Below are positions 25,497 through 34,778 of a stretch of DNA of 64,000 bases, one piece after another. Each line of letters begins with the position of its first letter. Within the stretch, counting starts at the first letter, position 1. The stretch lies in the NCBI GenBank assembly GCA_000002435.2, contig CM018789.1; one strand, written 5' to 3'. The translations under genes were made by a program, and so were the position numbers. The notes beneath the pieces are model-generated. The model had not been told where the DNA came from. It ran no database searches and saw nothing but the letters and a program-made list of their open reading frames with translations. Source of the DNA: Giardia intestinalis (Eukaryota).

Positions 25497-28400
25497 TTAC
25501 ATTACTGTTTGAACACCTGGGCAGGGCACTGTGTTAGATACATTTCTCCATATTTGATTGTCATATTGGTCTACTGCCCCGATGCAGACGAACAGCCTGC
25601 GTGCCCGGCTTACAGCCACAAGGGACCTACAGAGGTTATTCCTGAATTCATTACCTCTGGGGCCCGACAACGACAGGAAGACGACATCTGCCTCGAGCCC
25701 CTGATATCCGTCGCTGGTTTCGACGTCCAAATTAAGACGCACCTTCAGGTGTGTATCGCTGTCTATGGTGAACGTAGTATCGCTGCACATGTTCCGCAGG
25801 ACAGCTATGACAGGGTCGGAAAGAATGTACTGCTTTTGCGAGTGATATAACGATAGCAGAGCAACACTGATAGAGACTTCGTATGCATTGATCGCTGGAC
25901 TGTATAGTAGCAGGGTTTTGCTTTGGGGCGCCGAACTGTTGCTTATTATCCTATAGACGATGCGAAGCAAAAGAATGAGTGCAGCATTCTTTTCTTGTTC
26001 GCTTATACAACAGTTCCTCGTGTCCGTCATATCGGGCAGAAGTTTCTTTGTATCTGAGGACTGTATTATGGGCGGTGGACAAAGCGCTATTCTCTCGTGT
26101 ATATTTTTCAATAGATTATTGATTTGGCTCCGCTGGACTGCTGGTTTGTCCAAGTTGTCTGGCAAACAGAAGAAACAGCGCCCTTTAAACTCTGATAGTA
26201 TGACTAAGTCAACATAGCTTTTGAAGGTCACGTTAGGTATATCCCGCAAGCCCCCTTTTATACAGCACGACTTGGGAAGTCGTGACTCATAGAGGGACCG
26301 GTACAAATCTGCGATTTCTGGGACGCTTCGCGCCTGTTCCTCCAGCGTTACTATGGGAATGCCTTCGCGGGAAGAATAGCATAGCCGATGAAACAGTGAC
26401 CAGTCGAGTGCTGCCGTGGACGTTAGTTTGCAATCTTGTATCAGGGGCGGTAGTTGGAGGACGTCTCCGATTAGGATGAGCTTATCAAAAGTTAGCAGTA
26501 GTAAAAGGGCTAGCTCGTGCTCGGCGAGCCGCGCTGCCTCCTCTATTATGATGTGTCGCGCCGGATTTTTCTGACATCGATAGTTGATCATCCTCATCGC
26601 TAAATCCCCATTAGCTGTTCTTCGATTTGCCTTCTTGCTTGTGGATTTGCCCCCGACTACGTCGACGATGGTCTGTATCATTTGGTGTCCACGTTCGCGC
26701 ACATCCAAAGGGTCTCCTTCGAAACGCTCGGATTGCTTCTGCAGGAACTGGACCCTGCTGCTTACCCCACTTATTGTGCCAACGACGATAGTGGCATGAT
26801 TCATTAGCCAGCTTATGTACACCATGTAATCGCTCAAAATGAACTTTAATAGATTATACTTTCTTGAGCGGATAGGGAGAGAATCCCTATTAGCCTCGCA
26901 ATAACGCAATATCTTCTTCGAGAGTGCGGAGAAGGCGCGACTTGGACGGGAGGAGATCTCATTCTGCATCTCGGCAAAGTCTATCTCCGTAACGCGCAAC
27001 TCGGTGGCGACATTGACGAGGTACTGAAGTGGCATGAAGTTGCGCACAAATGGATCAGAAGACCGTTCTCCAATTCGTACAGTGAATGGGATGGTGTACG
27101 CGGCCCAATTGTCTGCCGTGAGGATATACTTTGCCAGCTGATCTGCTGCGTTGTTGCTATGTGCAACAAGGAAAAGCTGCATCCCAAGATGAATATCTGT
27201 GAGCATATCGAGGCAGCTAGCATATGTCCGAATCGAGCTTGCGTAGGCGGAACTGAAGGCTCTCCACTCGGCGTCCCCTGTTGCAATATCGAGGCTTGTC
27301 CTTATCCACTTGGAATCAGCGCCTTTCGTAAGCAGCAGGACCTTTGAAATGAGAGAAAGCGAGGTTGACTTCCCGCTTCCCGGACACCCAAGAATCAGTA
27401 GGAGGGGAGAAAGGACGGCATAAACGAGGGCCTTGAACTGCGACGGCCTCAGCGTCTTTTCTGTGAGGAGCTGCTTGCGGGGAACAAGCTGCGTGCCCAC
27501 CTCCAAAGCTGGCTCTGTGAGCGTCACCCGGCAAGGCTCAACCTCTAGGTCAATCGAGCTGATATCGATCAGAATGCTTGTCCGAGGATCTGCAGAGCTG
27601 GCTGGAGAAAGCCTCAGGTGCACCGGGGTTCTGTGCATAGTGGTGAGCGCCTGATAGATGCTCCCCATTGCGCCTTCGATATAGGAAGGATCTCGATCAG
27701 AGACGGCAGCATATCCGTAGCATATGCAGGAGTTGCAAGGAAGCCTGAGCTTGTCATATCGGCCCAGAGCCAGTGCACTGAAGTTGGGGGACATGTCATC
27801 AAAGCGCCGATAGTAGAGGTCCAGCAGGTACTCTGCTATGCACTGGGCTGCGTCTAAGTGTAGGCTGACAGACGGGTGAGTCCACGAAATGTAGAATGCG
27901 AGGGAGCCGGGGCTTATCGCATATGCACCGTATGCCTCCCTGAGCATATACGTGTCGAACTCTGCCTCTGCTAGCTGGATGTTGAAGACACTCGTTGTCT
28001 TGTCGGTTGAGGTGCAGTCGTCCATGCCTTTGCGCAGCTGACTGCACAGCTGGCACGTCCTTGCCACGTAGATGGCCTGGATGGTCTTCTCCGGCAGCGC
28101 TACTTGATAGATGAAGGGGTACTGCTCCAGCCTCCCGTTGTCTCCGTACCTAATTCTGCCGCGAACCGCCTCCTCGTCGACATAGAGCGCCAGCCTCCCG
28201 GAGTCCTCGAACGTCAGCCCTCGGATGGTGTGCTTTGGGTTACAGAACGTGCTGCTGTCCGACAACAGCTTCACGGTTATCGCAGAGTATATCTCGGCCA
28301 GACTGTGGTACGACTTCACCCAGAGGTAGCCGAGGCTGCACGCCGGCGCGAGGAGGGTGCTACACAGGAAAAGCGTCCCGGTGTCGTATCTGTGCATGAT

Positions 28401-29792
28401 GTTTCCAAGGACTACCCCGTGGAGCATCATGTTGATGCACTCGTTGAGCGTCTGGAAGGAGAGAGAGGAGTCCTTCTGGCTCTTGTTCGCCATGAGTTCT
28501 CTGAAGTACCGCATCTTCTTGTCCTTGGCAGTCCTGTCGACGTAGAAGGACGCCTGGATGCAGGGCAGGTGGTGGTAGTAGCTGCATGTCACGAGGGCGA
28601 AGATGAACTCGCAGAGAAACAGCCTTACCCCCACAGACATACGACCGGTATTTGTGATGGTCTTGAGAAGGTCAAACACAAGCGAGAGAAGCACCGTTCC
28701 GCGGTGTGGGCTGTTGTAGTCCTTCAGCAGGCGGAAGCTCAGGATGGACTCTATGTAGTCTATGCAGGACAGCTGTTGGTATCCTTCGAAGATGCACAGG
28801 GCGGAGAGGAGAAACAGGCAGGACACTAACAGCATTCGGACCCTAACGTTCTGGGACGGAGTTGTGCCCTCTGGTATAGACACGATAAGAGGGTCCCTGT
28901 GGGCATCGACAAGAATGTTGAGGCATAGATTTATCAGCTGGTTGGATCTAAACTGCTTGCGGGGGTCGACCAGCTCGTGGACTGTAAAGTAGACTCCAGA
29001 GATCGTCGGGTCTGCAGGCAAAAACGGCTGCCCTGAGCGAAGTCTTGGCCGCAATAGGTCCACCACCCGAGAGGGATACTCGGTGTCTATGCAGTATGGA
29101 ATGTATGGTAGGAGACGGGTGAGCAGGGATAGGCATGGGTCCAGGACGTGCAGGTGCCCCCGGCACGCGGGCAGGCTAAGCTCCAGGGCATTGGCCAGCA
29201 CCAGGAACGCCCGTCCGTCCGCACACTCATTTGCGATATAGTGCAGCCTCCCTAGGACGAGCCCCTCGTACAGGAGCACAGAGGCGCACACATAGGACGC
29301 GACGACCACGTGGCGGAGGGCTTGGTCCGAGGAGTCCCTCTGCCTGAGGACAGGGAGCAGGTGCTGCAGTAAGGCCTCTGACGCGCCGGCTGCCGACATC
29401 CCAGAGTGCAATTCTGTCCATAGGTAAGCGTCCGAGTGTGCTGCCCTTCCTCCTATCGGCCTTAGCTTCACTGCAACGGTCTCCACGTGGTCCTGGGAGG
29501 CATCGCAAGAGTGGAGAAGTGGCGGGAAGAAGTGGTCTCTTCCTAGGGTTGCAATGTCTGGGGCTGCGAAGTGGAGGAAGGCGGCATGGAGTGCCGCGGG
29601 GAAGGATGAATCGCGGTCGTTGATCACTCCGTCTACTGTCCACTTGTACCTCAGTAGCGTCTTTGTGTCCATAGAACCGTGCTGCCCGTCGAGCCAGGGA
29701 GAGATCCAAATGTGCTGGAATTTTGGTTTTGGGGCACCTCTGTCCACTGTCCTTACACCGAGTGATAGAGCCACTTCGTCAGTGGGTGCCAT
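25497..29792 (-). CDS. SF1 (UPF1-like) helicase of the ZNFX1/Hrr1/SAD-3 type (1431 aa)
   Basis: The helicase motifs appear in order:
- Walker A: LLILGCPGSGKSTSL
- ATIVVGTISGVSS
- Motif II: HIIIEEAARLAEHE (the EEAA variant)
- Motif III: LILIGDVLQLPP
- SLFHRL
- LEEQARSVPEIADLY
- VETSDGYQGLEADVVFLSL
- SLVAVSRARRLFVCIG
There is a long non-helicase N-terminal half. Confidence 0.8.
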   Translation of the reverse strand: MAPTDEVALSLGVRTVDRGAPKPKFQHIWISPWLDGQHGSMDTKTLLRYKWTVDGVINDRDSSFPAALHAAFLHFAAPDIATLGRDHFFPPLLHSCDASQDHVETVAVKLRPIGGRAAHSDAYLWTELHSGMSAAGASEALLQHLLPVLRQRDSSDQALRHVVVASYVCASVLLYEGLVLGRLHYIANECADGRAFLVLANALELSLPACRGHLHVLDPCLSLLTRLLPYIPYCIDTEYPSRVVDLLRPRLRSGQPFLPADPTISGVYFTVHELVDPRKQFRSNQLINLCLNILVDAHRDPLIVSIPEGTTPSQNVRVRMLLVSCLFLLSALCIFEGYQQLSCIDYIESILSFRLLKDYNSPHRGTVLLSLVFDLLKTITNTGRMSVGVRLFLCEFIFALVTCSYYHHLPCIQASFYVDRTAKDKKMRYFRELMANKSQKDSSLSFQTLNECINMMLHGVVLGNIMHRYDTGTLFLCSTLLAPACSLGYLWVKSYHSLAEIYSAITVKLLSDSSTFCNPKHTIRGLTFEDSGRLALYVDEEAVRGRIRYGDNGRLEQYPFIYQVALPEKTIQAIYVARTCQLCSQLRKGMDDCTSTDKTTSVFNIQLAEAEFDTYMLREAYGAYAISPGSLAFYISWTHPSVSLHLDAAQCIAEYLLDLYYRRFDDMSPNFSALALGRYDKLRLPCNSCICYGYAAVSDRDPSYIEGAMGSIYQALTTMHRTPVHLRLSPASSADPRTSILIDISSIDLEVEPCRVTLTEPALEVGTQLVPRKQLLTEKTLRPSQFKALVYAVLSPLLLILGCPGSGKSTSLSLISKVLLLTKGADSKWIRTSLDIATGDAEWRAFSSAYASSIRTYASCLDMLTDIHLGMQLFLVAHSNNAADQLAKYILTADNWAAYTIPFTVRIGERSSDPFVRNFMPLQYLVNVATELRVTEIDFAEMQNEISSRPSRAFSALSKKILRYCEANRDSLPIRSRKYNLLKFILSDYMVYISWLMNHATIVVGTISGVSSRVQFLQKQSERFEGDPLDVRERGHQMIQTIVDVVGGKSTSKKANRRTANGDLAMRMINYRCQKNPARHIIIEEAARLAEHELALLLLLTFDKLILIGDVLQLPPLIQDCKLTSTAALDWSLFHRLCYSSREGIPIVTLEEQARSVPEIADLYRSLYESRLPKSCCIKGGLRDIPNVTFKSYVDLVILSEFKGRCFFCLPDNLDKPAVQRSQINNLLKNIHERIALCPPPIIQSSDTKKLLPDMTDTRNCCISEQEKNAALILLLRIVYRIISNSSAPQSKTLLLYSPAINAYEVSISVALLSLYHSQKQYILSDPVIAVLRNMCSDTTFTIDSDTHLKVRLNLDVETSDGYQGLEADVVFLSLSGPRGNEFRNNLCRSLVAVSRARRLFVCIGAVDQYDNQIWRNVSNTVPCPGVQTVM

Positions 29793-30359
29793 AGACCCCA
29801 GTTTGGTAGTGTTATGGGTCTCAGTGATGGCCCCACTTCTTCACGAGTGCCGTAGCCGGCATCTCCGTCACTGCGGTCATCGTCGGGGACCTCGTCAGCT
29901 TTCTCTGCCGGTGGTTCGTATGTAGACTTAAACGTATACTTAAGTAATAGACGTGTCATCAATAAGTCCCGACATTTGCCCTTTAACAGACAAAACATCT
30001 AACTTGTTTTTACCGAGACACGCACAGTACAAATACAGAGGTCTACCACATAGATTGGCTATCCCTTAAGCAGAGCTCACTGACTAATGCCAGTGCGCGT
30101 ATGGATGTTATTACTTCTTGCTAAATAATCTAGAAGATAATGGAGGCGGTATTCTGCGTTAAGCAATCTGCTTGGCCGCAGCCAACGAGATTGCGACATC
30201 GAGACAGAGTAACTGAATTCTTGGGAAAAACATAACATGATATTCCCAGTTGTAGACACTTTCGGTAGAAAGACGCAGTGTGGATCTATGAGCGAATTCG
30301 AGAGCTAGCACAGCCCTTGGTTCAAAAATCTAATCCTTTAATTTGCTCATTGTTAAACA

Positions 30360-33300
30360 ATGGGCTTAGAAGTATTTCTATCCCGTCGTCGCCTCAATTT
30401 GACGCGCTTATGCGAGGCTTTAACCCCCACTGTCCCACTCAAGCAAGGAGTGTCTGGAATCTATACCTTGTATTTCATGGATGTATGTGCTATGATCTCA
30501 TCTCCTACCCCCCATCGCGTGCCTGTCGAGCTCCCCAATGGGACTGTGGAGTACATATTTCTTCAACCTTATCTCTCAGCCCTGTATATCCACTTCAAAC
30601 GTGAAGTCAAGCACGAACCTATTTGGTTCTGTGAGGGGCTTCCATTTCACGAAAGACCATTCTTTGCCACTAAGATCAGAGAGTTGTGTGATTTATACCC
30701 TATACTCCTTGGAACAACATCTGCAGAGCTTGACACTCAAGCTAGTTTCATTTCTGTCCAGTGGCTTGTTGTTCGCTCCAGTATTAACACCCACATGCTA
30801 GATTTTATTCTTACATCCCAAGGTTCTTGCATGTGTGACTGTGGTGTAGATAACGTCTCTCACCCCGCTCCCACAGTCCGACCATCAGTTTGTAAAGATG
30901 CAGAAGTGATCACATATACTAGACAAGCTCTTTCTACAGAGCCTTCTGCTAGCATAGAAGCGGGATTCACGGTTGATCCGGGGACATCCATCACCGCACA
31001 TGCCAGCCAACTGACGACCTATCAGAACTCCTTGGTTGAACTCCACGAAAGTGCTGCATCAGATTGTAATTACTCAACGCTTCAGCAAAATAAAAACTAT
31101 CACGATCCCATAGATATCCTTGACGAAGCTATTACTCAAGGAAGGGAAATACGCTGCTGTCTTCACTGCGGTTTTCCCATTTTGCCAGGCTTTCTATCTA
31201 GTAGGCGGGGCATGACTTCGTTTCTTACTTCTTTCAATTTCAGGTATGCGCCCCCTGGAGCGAGTCTTTCGTCAGCTGGGACCATTGACGGCTTTCTTTT
31301 AAGCCGGCCCATCGACAGCCCAACAGCCTCTGCGAGGTCACCACCGAGAGGACTGACTTCATCTGTCCTTAAGATGGACGATTTCGATAGCATATTTGCA
31401 GGCAGTGTCTTTATCAATTCCTTACAAGCCATGCTTCCACCGCCCTTAACACTTCTGTTAGACACCAAGGCTGAGCTGGCAGAGTTTGATGCATCTGCCG
31501 TGGCCCTCGAGAATTCCACCGTGATTACCATCAATAAACTTCAGCAGAAGAGCTTCTTATCACGGCGGTCCCGCAACCTGGTGAACCATCGCAAGTCTAA
31601 TTCTGGGATTTCAGTTTCTCATCATATAAGAAAGGCAAGTACCATGGTTTCTCTCAGCAATAACGTCAGTCTATGCGCTTACCAGGGAGTGGAATCCTTT
31701 ACAAATGCAAGCATGGAGGAGGATCCGATTCAGTCTCCCTGCAACCTATCCTGTAGTGATACCTCTCCTATGAGAACTACGCTTGCAGATAGCAAAGCAG
31801 ACCACGCCAGAGAGCTTAATGCAGATTTACACGGAGGGCAGAACCATGCAAGAAATGTTCTTAAGCAAGGACCTATTGGAAGACAGACCTTAGATATAAC
31901 TATTACAGATAAGAAACCTGATAGTTGTTCAAAGTCTGCGAAAGTTGTTGGAGTTAATCCGTTCACACAGCAATGGCTAGAATCTGACCGAATTAGCCCA
32001 GTAGGCAAATCACAACAGCGTAAAACATCCTTAAAAATGCACTCGTATAACAACCAAACAGTCACGATAAGCTCATCCGATATCGCGAATAAGCCCCTCT
32101 CAATGCCTAGTGGTCCACTTACAAGCTCTAAAAAGAACGTCCCACGAAGTACCAGTGTGGAAAGTAAGGGAAGCCTACTCAGCGGAGTGAGCTCGGGTAT
32201 ACGCATAGCCACCAAACTTAGCACGGATTCCAAGCTGAGCCAAAAGAAAATAGTTAACCTTGTTATCAAGGATGTCACAAATAATAGTTCATTAATGCAA
32301 GATAGTCAAGCAGACTCCATAATTCATAATGAGCAAAATGATTCTTTTCTAACTTTTACGAATGACAGGGCCCAGAATGCCTCAACTTCGGCTTCTTCTT
32401 CAATCAAAAAGGCATCTGGAGCCCGGAAAAAAGTAGATATAAACGGTTATGTGCCAATTACTACGAAAGGAAAAGTCGAGACTGTTACAATCAATCTACA
32501 TCGAATGGATACGTCCCCTATTCGCCCCCGTTCCCCAGTACACTCATCGTTTAACGAGGAGCCATCCCAAGACTCTATTATTCATGGTGCCCACTCTCTA
32601 GAGCCAATTGGAGGGGATTCGTGTTCCATGTCTGGATTGGAAGACTCCGACGAGGCAGTATCCCCTTCAAATTTAAATTCGACCAACAGCAAGCAACCTA
32701 AGAGTCAGACAAATGGACGAGACTATCGAGAGTTCACTAAGACTCCGTCGATCAATACAATTGTCCCTCTTGGCACAGCAGCGGGTACATCTGCGGAGCC
32801 ACGTAGCGTCGCTACTGCGTCATTAAGCATACTGACTGCTCTAAGGGCATATCACATTGTTACTACCAGGAAACGGATGATTAAATCTAAATTGCGGAAC
32901 ATTGGTCCCAGTATTTTGGAGCCTGCGCTTGCTTCACAGTTATATAGATCATCCCACTACACACATCTGGTCTTCCGTTGGTGCCTCATTAATGAAGATT
33001 TTGCCCACTATGTTGGATCTATTCGACGACAGAGACGGGTCACAACGCTCAACCCCATGTGTGAGAACTACAAGTGGATTAAGGACTCGTTAGGGTTTCA
33101 TAATATAACCATGTACCTGACATCCATGCTGATACGCGATATCTTAGATTGCATTCCCTTGCCAGATAAATCTAATAAGGGCAAACTGGTTCTTCATAGG
33201 TCAAAGGGTGGTGCCATTAAGGATGTAGAAGTGGATCAAGAAGCAAGCACAGAGGACCTGGTAGCGCCGGACGGGCCTTCGTTACTCAACTCCACTGATA

Positions 33301-34739
33301 TAAGCCTGACAGCGTTTGTTATTACCGGATTTAAAAAGTTACTGACATCAATTGCAAAGCTATCAGATATCTTCAAGTATCGCTCCCCCGATGACAATAT
33401 GAATGAGCCTCTTGATACTGAAACAGCTCTGGGTACGGTGGACAAGCATGTCACTTTATCACTGACACGGAAACAGTCCCAGAAATGCAAGAAGAAGTCG
33501 TCTATCCAAGTGTCTCCGAAGCCAGTTGCGTCCCCATCATACTACAATCTTTACAATCTGCGGCGGATTGTCTCTCAAATGTATAGATACCTGTATAGGT
33601 ACGCGGATGCGGATGGCTCTGACCCTTACACGATCTTGAACAAGCTAGATCCTCTGGTATTTAAGTCTTTATCTACTAGGCAGCAAAGCTACTTGTCACA
33701 CAACCTTCAGCGAAGTAGCGCCGTCTCTCTTCAGCACACCCATATCTCTGTTTTTACCGACTCAGAGCTAGATGCACAACAAGACATTGATGCGTGCATA
33801 GATAATTGGCTGAGCCCCGGTCAGTCACAGACACCTGAAAGTCCTAACTTTGAACCACTTGTTTGTGACAACAACTACGATATCAATACCAACATCCCGG
33901 CTCTGGCCGTTTATCATTCATTCAATAGTGTGTTTTGGAGCAGTACTATCAGATCAGAGCATTTAAAAGACTACCTTTTACCCCATGACCAGCTCTTTCA
34001 AACAATCGTCACCAAGGATATATTGCACAACCATTTTGAGCCCATTCGAACTAATTCCCTAGGGACAGCAACTGCTAGTTCAACACAGGATCTAGAAGGC
34101 GTCAACGATAGTAGCGCAATGGGGAGTCACTCTTTTAATGTACCGCTTGATATTTGGAAAGATAGCCAGATCTCAGATAAAGCCTTTCACGATTTGTCCG
34201 ATGGGCATCTCACCAATATCATACCTGGGAGATCTGCCGTATACCGCTCTCAGGCGCTCAAAGTAACAGATGATGGCAACCTTGCTATTCGGCAGCAATC
34301 GCATCACGAGCTGGGGGATTTGCTGGCAAAGATGTCTGTTCACATGGATCAGGGTACTCTTGTTGTAGGCTCTACTGACTCGGGCGCATACACCACGGGG
34401 TCTCCTGTCTCTAAGCCCCTCTTTCTATCTTCTCCCAGCCTTATAGATCTTCCCTTATATAAGTTTCTTGTACCGGATGAGGCCGCTGGCTTGGACCTAT
34501 CTTATAAAACATTTGGTGCAGGCTTGAGCAACGAACGTCTAATATTGAATACCTACTTTTATACCAATAGGTTTTTCATCCCACAACCAAATAGATTGGC
34601 TATGTTTAATATCTTGGCAATATCTGGCGGGCTGTTCATGAGCCGAGACGAGCGTCTATCGATGGAAACAATCATGCGTGAAACACTTGCATGTCTACAT
34701 TTAACCTATTACGATCTAGATTACTACTATTATACTTAG
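30360..34739 (+). CDS. hypothetical protein (1459 aa, Ser/Thr-rich low-complexity middle)
   Basis: Uninterrupted 4.4-kb ORF. No domain recognised. Confidence 0.6.
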   Translation: MGLEVFLSRRRLNLTRLCEALTPTVPLKQGVSGIYTLYFMDVCAMISSPTPHRVPVELPNGTVEYIFLQPYLSALYIHFKREVKHEPIWFCEGLPFHERPFFATKIRELCDLYPILLGTTSAELDTQASFISVQWLVVRSSINTHMLDFILTSQGSCMCDCGVDNVSHPAPTVRPSVCKDAEVITYTRQALSTEPSASIEAGFTVDPGTSITAHASQLTTYQNSLVELHESAASDCNYSTLQQNKNYHDPIDILDEAITQGREIRCCLHCGFPILPGFLSSRRGMTSFLTSFNFRYAPPGASLSSAGTIDGFLLSRPIDSPTASARSPPRGLTSSVLKMDDFDSIFAGSVFINSLQAMLPPPLTLLLDTKAELAEFDASAVALENSTVITINKLQQKSFLSRRSRNLVNHRKSNSGISVSHHIRKASTMVSLSNNVSLCAYQGVESFTNASMEEDPIQSPCNLSCSDTSPMRTTLADSKADHARELNADLHGGQNHARNVLKQGPIGRQTLDITITDKKPDSCSKSAKVVGVNPFTQQWLESDRISPVGKSQQRKTSLKMHSYNNQTVTISSSDIANKPLSMPSGPLTSSKKNVPRSTSVESKGSLLSGVSSGIRIATKLSTDSKLSQKKIVNLVIKDVTNNSSLMQDSQADSIIHNEQNDSFLTFTNDRAQNASTSASSSIKKASGARKKVDINGYVPITTKGKVETVTINLHRMDTSPIRPRSPVHSSFNEEPSQDSIIHGAHSLEPIGGDSCSMSGLEDSDEAVSPSNLNSTNSKQPKSQTNGRDYREFTKTPSINTIVPLGTAAGTSAEPRSVATASLSILTALRAYHIVTTRKRMIKSKLRNIGPSILEPALASQLYRSSHYTHLVFRWCLINEDFAHYVGSIRRQRRVTTLNPMCENYKWIKDSLGFHNITMYLTSMLIRDILDCIPLPDKSNKGKLVLHRSKGGAIKDVEVDQEASTEDLVAPDGPSLLNSTDISLTAFVITGFKKLLTSIAKLSDIFKYRSPDDNMNEPLDTETALGTVDKHVTLSLTRKQSQKCKKKSSIQVSPKPVASPSYYNLYNLRRIVSQMYRYLYRYADADGSDPYTILNKLDPLVFKSLSTRQQSYLSHNLQRSSAVSLQHTHISVFTDSELDAQQDIDACIDNWLSPGQSQTPESPNFEPLVCDNNYDINTNIPALAVYHSFNSVFWSSTIRSEHLKDYLLPHDQLFQTIVTKDILHNHFEPIRTNSLGTATASSTQDLEGVNDSSAMGSHSFNVPLDIWKDSQISDKAFHDLSDGHLTNIIPGRSAVYRSQALKVTDDGNLAIRQQSHHELGDLLAKMSVHMDQGTLVVGSTDSGAYTTGSPVSKPLFLSSPSLIDLPLYKFLVPDEAAGLDLSYKTFGAGLSNERLILNTYFYTNRFFIPQPNRLAMFNILAISGGLFMSRDERLSMETIMRETLACLHLTYYDLDYYYYT

Positions 34740-34778
34740 TCACTTGTAAACAGATTACGAATAAATTTTAGTTCCAGG

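Noticed and set aside
28104-28829. A 241-aa plus-strand ORF, and several other ORFs of 60-160 aa, lie inside the helicase gene.
   Set aside because: They are antisense or off-frame within a 4.3-kb ORF that carries a complete ordered set of SF1 helicase motifs. No independent features support them.
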